In this document: piece after piece, positions 60,360 to 64,000 of the stretch
How the letters are laid out: each line of letters begins with the position of its first letter
Numbering within the stretch: position 1 is the first letter of the stretch
Assembly (NCBI GenBank): GCA_040756875.1
Contig: JBFLYH010000001.1
Coordinates: 416,001 to 480,000 of the forward strand
DNA: 64,000 nucleotides
From: a candidate division FCPU426 bacterium
GTDB taxonomy: Bacteria > Oederibacteriota > JAAXVQ01 > JAUVAV01
Direction: 5' to 3'
Made by a program: the position numbers and the translations under genes
Notes under the pieces: generated by a model
Told to the model about the DNA's origin: nothing
Seen by the model: only the letters and a program-made list of their open reading frames with translations
Database searches by the model: none

Positions 60360-61397
60360 ATGAGCAGAATCAGAGTCATTATAGATGAAGAGGAACGGTT
60401 TGCCGCGGATTATGACATTCCCGGTTTGACCAAGGGCAGTTTTGCATCGCTGCTTATGCATGCTTCAATATTTTTCCTGGTTTTTATGGTGTCACATCAA
60501 CAGAAAAAAGCTGAAGTTTTGCTTACCGAAATCACGCTTGTGGATCAAATTATACCGATTCCCGAGGAAGAGGCGCCTCCGCCCATGCCGGTGGCCCCGC
60601 CGGAACAAAAAAATGTCTGGGATTTTCTGAAGCAAGCTATTCCGTTGAAAGCCAAACCCGAGGAACTGGCTTCCCAGCTGCCAATCGACCTGCCCAAGAA
60701 AGAGGCTGCGCCGGCCATGGCACAAATGCCGGATGCGCTGAAATTGGGCAGTAAAAAAGATCTCGATAAGCCTGCGATCGGCGATAAACCGCTGGATTTG
60801 GTGGGGCGTAAAGCCGTCGAAGCTCCTGCGGGCATGAATGTCAATCCTCTGCAAATGAACCAGCGCCGCGATTCGCTTGCCAGCGCGGCGAATTTACCAA
60901 CAGGCGTCAGTTTGGGAAAAAAGAGCAGCTTTTTGCCCGGGCAGCAGATGCCCGTTGTGGATACGCAGCAATTCGCGCGCCGTGCCAATTTGCAGGCCCG
61001 GGGCGGGTCGCTGGCGGACATGCCCGCTTTGCAAAAGCCGGCGGAAAAGAAGAAAATGGAGTTTGACACTTCGCAGTTGAATATTTCCAGGGATCAGAAC
61101 ACCTTCAAGATTTTCGGCCCTTTGAAGGACCGGCAGATTCTGGAAAAATATCTGCCTCGTTATCCCCGCTGGGCCGAGGAGCAGGGCCTGGAAGGGTCGG
61201 TTAGCCTGCACTTTTTCGTATTTCCCAACGGCATGGTTAAAAATAACATTTTTGTCGAACAGAGTTCTGGTTATTCCGAAATGGACGGTTTGGCCATGAA
61301 AGCCCTGCAGGCGTTCAAATTCGCTCCACTGCCCGCTAGCGAGCGGCAGGAAGAACAAGAAGGTGTTATCGTATTCTATTTCAGGTTGTCGAGGTGA
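60360..61397 (+). CDS. tonB: TonB family energy transducer
   Basis: TM helix with S..MH, Pro-rich spacer, P.YP..A...G.EG.V..F.V..NG, SSG...D..A..A...KF.P TonB_C domain. Confidence 0.88.
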   Translation: MSRIRVIIDEEERFAADYDIPGLTKGSFASLLMHASIFFLVFMVSHQQKKAEVLLTEITLVDQIIPIPEEEAPPPMPVAPPEQKNVWDFLKQAIPLKAKPEELASQLPIDLPKKEAAPAMAQMPDALKLGSKKDLDKPAIGDKPLDLVGRKAVEAPAGMNVNPLQMNQRRDSLASAANLPTGVSLGKKSSFLPGQQMPVVDTQQFARRANLQARGGSLADMPALQKPAEKKKMEFDTSQLNISRDQNTFKIFGPLKDRQILEKYLPRYPRWAEEQGLEGSVSLHFFVFPNGMVKNNIFVEQSSGYSEMDGLAMKALQAFKFAPLPASERQEEQEGVIVFYFRLSR

Positions 61398-61404
61398 ACT
61401 GATT

Positions 61405-62343
61405 ATGATCAGGCGCGTCACCCTCAGTATCATCGCTTTTTTTTGCCTGGCCGTGTATCCCGCTTTTCAGCTTTTAGCCGCGGAGGATCAGAAATCGGAT
61501 CAATTGGCCGGCGCCCCGGAAAAGAAAACTGAAGAGAAAACCGACAGCAGCCAGGAAGTGGTCATTAAAGGCGTTCAGCGCCTGAAAGTAAAAGTCGTAA
61601 AGCCCGAACCGGATATTTCCTTTGACGTGGACGAGATTGCGGTACCCTATGTAGTGACTGAAGACAGCGTGCTGGATATTTCACCCACCTCCATGACGGA
61701 CCCGCAAATTTCGGTGCCGTCAACCTTGAACAGCGCACAGGCGGCTTCGCCTTTTATACAGCTGTTCAAACGGCCGCCGATTTTAACACTCAACCCCCGA
61801 TACAACAGTCAAGTCAACATCAGCAAATGGTCGCTGCGGATAACCGACGGATTCGGCAATGTGTTCAAGAATTTTACGGGCGAAGGCTCCCTCCCCAAAC
61901 AGATCATTTGGGACGGGACGGACAAAAATAAGCAAATGCTTGATATTGGCACTTCGTATTCCTATATTTTTTCCATTGTCGACGTCGCCTCCAACCCCAC
62001 GAGCCAGATGGGCAAACCGGTGATTTTGGAATCCCTTTTGTACGAGGAAAACGGCGAATTGATCGCGCAGGTTACAAGCGAGGTTATGTTTGAAAAAGGC
62101 GAGCGCAAGACCACGATCAGCCAGAAAGGCCAGCTGTATTTGCGGGAAGTGGCGGATCTGATTACTTCGCGGCAAAATTTCCCAGTGCAATTGGAAGCGT
62201 ACGCCAAGGATCTTGACGATGCCAGTGCCAAGGGGGAAATCATCCAGGATTACCTGGTTGAGCGTTTGACGATACCCAAGGAAAATATTAAACTGACTCC
62301 GCGCAAATCGCGGATCGCGAAAATACTTTTTAAGATTAAGTAA
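61405..62343 (+). CDS. Exported protein with FlgD-like Ig domain and degenerate OmpA-like domain
   Basis: Signal peptide; KWSL.I.D..G..FK.F.G.G.LP..I.WDG.D domain like the PorV tails; F.KG...I....YL.EVA..I...V..EAY; GAGGTG RBS. Confidence 0.75.
   Translation: MIRRVTLSIIAFFCLAVYPAFQLLAAEDQKSDQLAGAPEKKTEEKTDSSQEVVIKGVQRLKVKVVKPEPDISFDVDEIAVPYVVTEDSVLDISPTSMTDPQISVPSTLNSAQAASPFIQLFKRPPILTLNPRYNSQVNISKWSLRITDGFGNVFKNFTGEGSLPKQIIWDGTDKNKQMLDIGTSYSYIFSIVDVASNPTSQMGKPVILESLLYEENGELIAQVTSEVMFEKGERKTTISQKGQLYLREVADLITSRQNFPVQLEAYAKDLDDASAKGEIIQDYLVERLTIPKENIKLTPRKSRIAKILFKIK
62266..62294 (+). promoter_or_regulatory. Putative sigma70 promoter for the rib operon, inside the upstream CDS
   Basis: TTGACG-N17-TAAACT about 55 bp before the riboswitch. 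Confidence 0.45.
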
Positions 62344-62350
62344 AAATCTG

Positions 62351-62475
62351 AATAGGCCTTCGGGGCGGGGTGAAAATCCCCACCGGCGGTGACAGCCCGC
62401 GAGTCCCGGGCAATGCCCGGGATTGATCCGGTGTAATTCCGGAGCCGACCGTTATAGTCGGGAAGGGAGAAGGCA
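62351..62475 (+). ncRNA. FMN riboswitch (RFN element)
   Basis: CTTCGGGGCGGGGTGAAAATCCCCACCGGCGGT..AGCCCGCGA..GATCCGGTGTAATTCCGGAGCCGAC.GT.A.AGTC.GGA.GGGAGAAG; directly upstream of ribD. Confidence 0.97.
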
Positions 62476-62502
62476 TGGGATGTCGTTATTGGACATCGTT
62501 TT

Positions 62503-62535
62503 AAACCCCGAAGCCTATGGTTTCGGGGTTTTTTT
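62503..62535 (+). terminator. Intrinsic terminator, expression platform of the FMN riboswitch
   Basis: AAACCCCGAAGCC-TAT-GGTTTCGGGG hairpin followed by a T7 run that abuts the ribD ATG. Confidence 0.88.
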
Positions 62536-63681
62536 ATGGCCTTAAACCAAGACGAAAAGTTTATATACATGGCCATTGATTTAGCCCGCCGGGGATGGGG
62601 CCGGACATGGCCAAATCCCATGGTTGGAGCGGTAGTGGTTAAGGACGGCTATATCCTCGGCCAGGGGTGGCATCGCCGGTGGGGAGGCCCCCACGCTGAA
62701 GTGTATGCCTTGCGGCAGGCTGGCAGACGTGCAAAAGATGCAACATTGTATTTGAATCTGGAACCTTGCTCGCATTTCGGCAAAACACCTCCGTGCGCGT
62801 TGGCCGTGATTCAAGCGCGGATCAAGCGGGTCGTTTGCTCCATGCAGGATCCCAACCCGAAGGTTTCGGGGAAAGGATTTCGGCTTCTCCGGCAGGCAGG
62901 GATTAGAGTGGATGTGGGTCTGATGAAAAGGGAAGCCGCCCGCTTGAATGAAGTCTTTTGCAAACGCATAACCACAGGTTACCCTTTTGTAGTGAATAAA
63001 GCGGCGATTTCAGCCGACGGAAAAATTGCCTGCGCCAATGGCGAATCACGCTGGATAACAGGTTTGACATCCAGGAGATACGCCCATACCTTGCGGGCGC
63101 TGGCCGATGCGATCGTTGTAGGCATGGGGACGGTATGGGAGGATGATCCGCGGCTGACTCGGAGGTTGTCTCCGGCCATTCCCGGGCGCAAGCTGATGCG
63201 GATTATACTGGCGGGAAGGCGGCCAGTTCCTGCGGATGCCGCCGTGCTTAAGAAAAAAAGCAGCTGCCGCACGGTGGTTATATCAGCAAAGCGCATTCAT
63301 TCCGACAAATTGCCGAAGCATGTCGAGGTTTGGCACCTGCCAGGCCGGAACGGCCAGGCGGATTTGAAAGGTATGTTGCGGCGTCTGGGAGAAGAAGGCG
63401 CTAGTTATGTGCTGGTGGAGGGAGGAGCCGAAGTCCATGCCGGATTTTTGGGCTGCCAGCACCCGGGCGACGAGGTTTTATCGGATCAGGTGCAGTTTAT
63501 TTATTCGCCAAAAATCATCGGGGGAAGAACTAGCTTGGGTCCTGTGGGCGGCGCAGGCGTGGAAAATCCCGCTCAGGCGATTGCCTTGGAAAAAGGTGAG
63601 TGGCGACCCCTTGGGCAGGATCGACTCTTTCTTGCCTATCCGCGCAAACGGCAGGCGCAAAAGCCAGGTGGAGGGGACTGA
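62536..63681 (+). CDS. ribD: Bifunctional riboflavin biosynthesis deaminase/reductase
   Basis: PNP.VGAV, HAE, LEPCSHFGKTPPC, DPNP.V.G.G, S.DGKIA..GES.WIT, VEGG. Confidence 0.97.
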   Translation: MALNQDEKFIYMAIDLARRGWGRTWPNPMVGAVVVKDGYILGQGWHRRWGGPHAEVYALRQAGRRAKDATLYLNLEPCSHFGKTPPCALAVIQARIKRVVCSMQDPNPKVSGKGFRLLRQAGIRVDVGLMKREAARLNEVFCKRITTGYPFVVNKAAISADGKIACANGESRWITGLTSRRYAHTLRALADAIVVGMGTVWEDDPRLTRRLSPAIPGRKLMRIILAGRRPVPADAAVLKKKSSCRTVVISAKRIHSDKLPKHVEVWHLPGRNGQADLKGMLRRLGEEGASYVLVEGGAEVHAGFLGCQHPGDEVLSDQVQFIYSPKIIGGRTSLGPVGGAGVENPAQAIALEKGEWRPLGQDRLFLAYPRKRQAQKPGGGD

Positions 63682-64000
63682 TGTTTACCGGATTGATTCA
63701 TTGCCTGGGAAGGGTGACTTCTGTTGTGCCGGGGGCCGAGGTGCTCCGTGTGGCTATCGCCACCCGAAATTTAAAACCCGAAACGATAGGCGTCGGGGAT
63801 TCCGTGGCCGTCAACGGGATCTGCTTAACATTAGTGGGGCGCAGCAGCCATGCCTTTGTGGCCGAGGCCAGCCAGGAAACCAGGCGCAGAACCACTTTGG
63901 GAATGTGGAAGGCGGGAGATGAGGTCAATTTGGAGCCGGCCTTGTCTGTGAACGGAAAGCTGGACGGGCATTGGGTCGCGGGCCATATCGATGAGATAGC
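63681..64000 (+). CDS. ribE: Riboflavin synthase (alpha chain), 3' end outside window
   Basis: MFTGLI start, GDSVAVNGICLT, ET...TTL, VNLE.AL...LDGH.V.GHID; TGATG overlap with ribD; absent from the ORF track because it is truncated. Confidence 0.95.
   Translation, partial: MFTGLIHCLGRVTSVVPGAEVLRVAIATRNLKPETIGVGDSVAVNGICLTLVGRSSHAFVAEASQETRRRTTLGMWKAGDEVNLEPALSVNGKLDGHWVAGHIDEI

Noticed and set aside
55604-62343. Calling the motor operon Tol-Pal or a standard nutrient-uptake Ton system
   Set aside because: No tolB, pal or TonB-dependent receptor is adjacent. Not fully excluded, since partners could be elsewhere in the genome.
25860-62343. Cluster as a genomic island or prophage
   Set aside because: GC looks somewhat lower than in carB/gltB by eye, but there is no integrase, att repeat, tRNA or phage gene set.

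Overview
Diderm, GC-rich bacterial chromosome segment. I see no integrase, transposase, reverse transcriptase, CRISPR array, rRNA or tRNA. The left part (1-25.9 kb) is housekeeping and accessory: carB (5'-truncated), gltB-gltD, a nucleoside/guanine deaminase, a five-gene Lol/MacB-like ABC export operon, menA-like prenyltransferase, hemerythrin, nitroreductase, twin small 4-Cys proteins, a LamG surface protein and a GH99-like operon. The most striking part is a ~36 kb co-oriented cluster (26.1-62.3 kb). It holds five secreted proteins ending in T9SS/FlgD-type C-terminal sorting domains (YPNPF.P...W.G.N..G..V..G.Y), interleaved with three PorV/PorQ-like beta-barrel genes. These are followed by a ~1040-aa TPR protein, exbB, two exbD, tonB and a FlgD/OmpA-like protein. 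No sprA, porK/L/M/N or porU is in the window. This suggests (inference) a non-canonical T9SS-like surface-display system powered by an ExbBD-TonB motor. The window ends with an FMN riboswitch, ribD and the start of riboflavin synthase. Smaller oddities are a synonymously diverged duplicate of the gltD 3' end, a 28-bp perfect REP-like palindrome, and a phage-like module inserted in the giant Ig-repeat protein. All family assignments come from motif recognition by eye; no database search was run.
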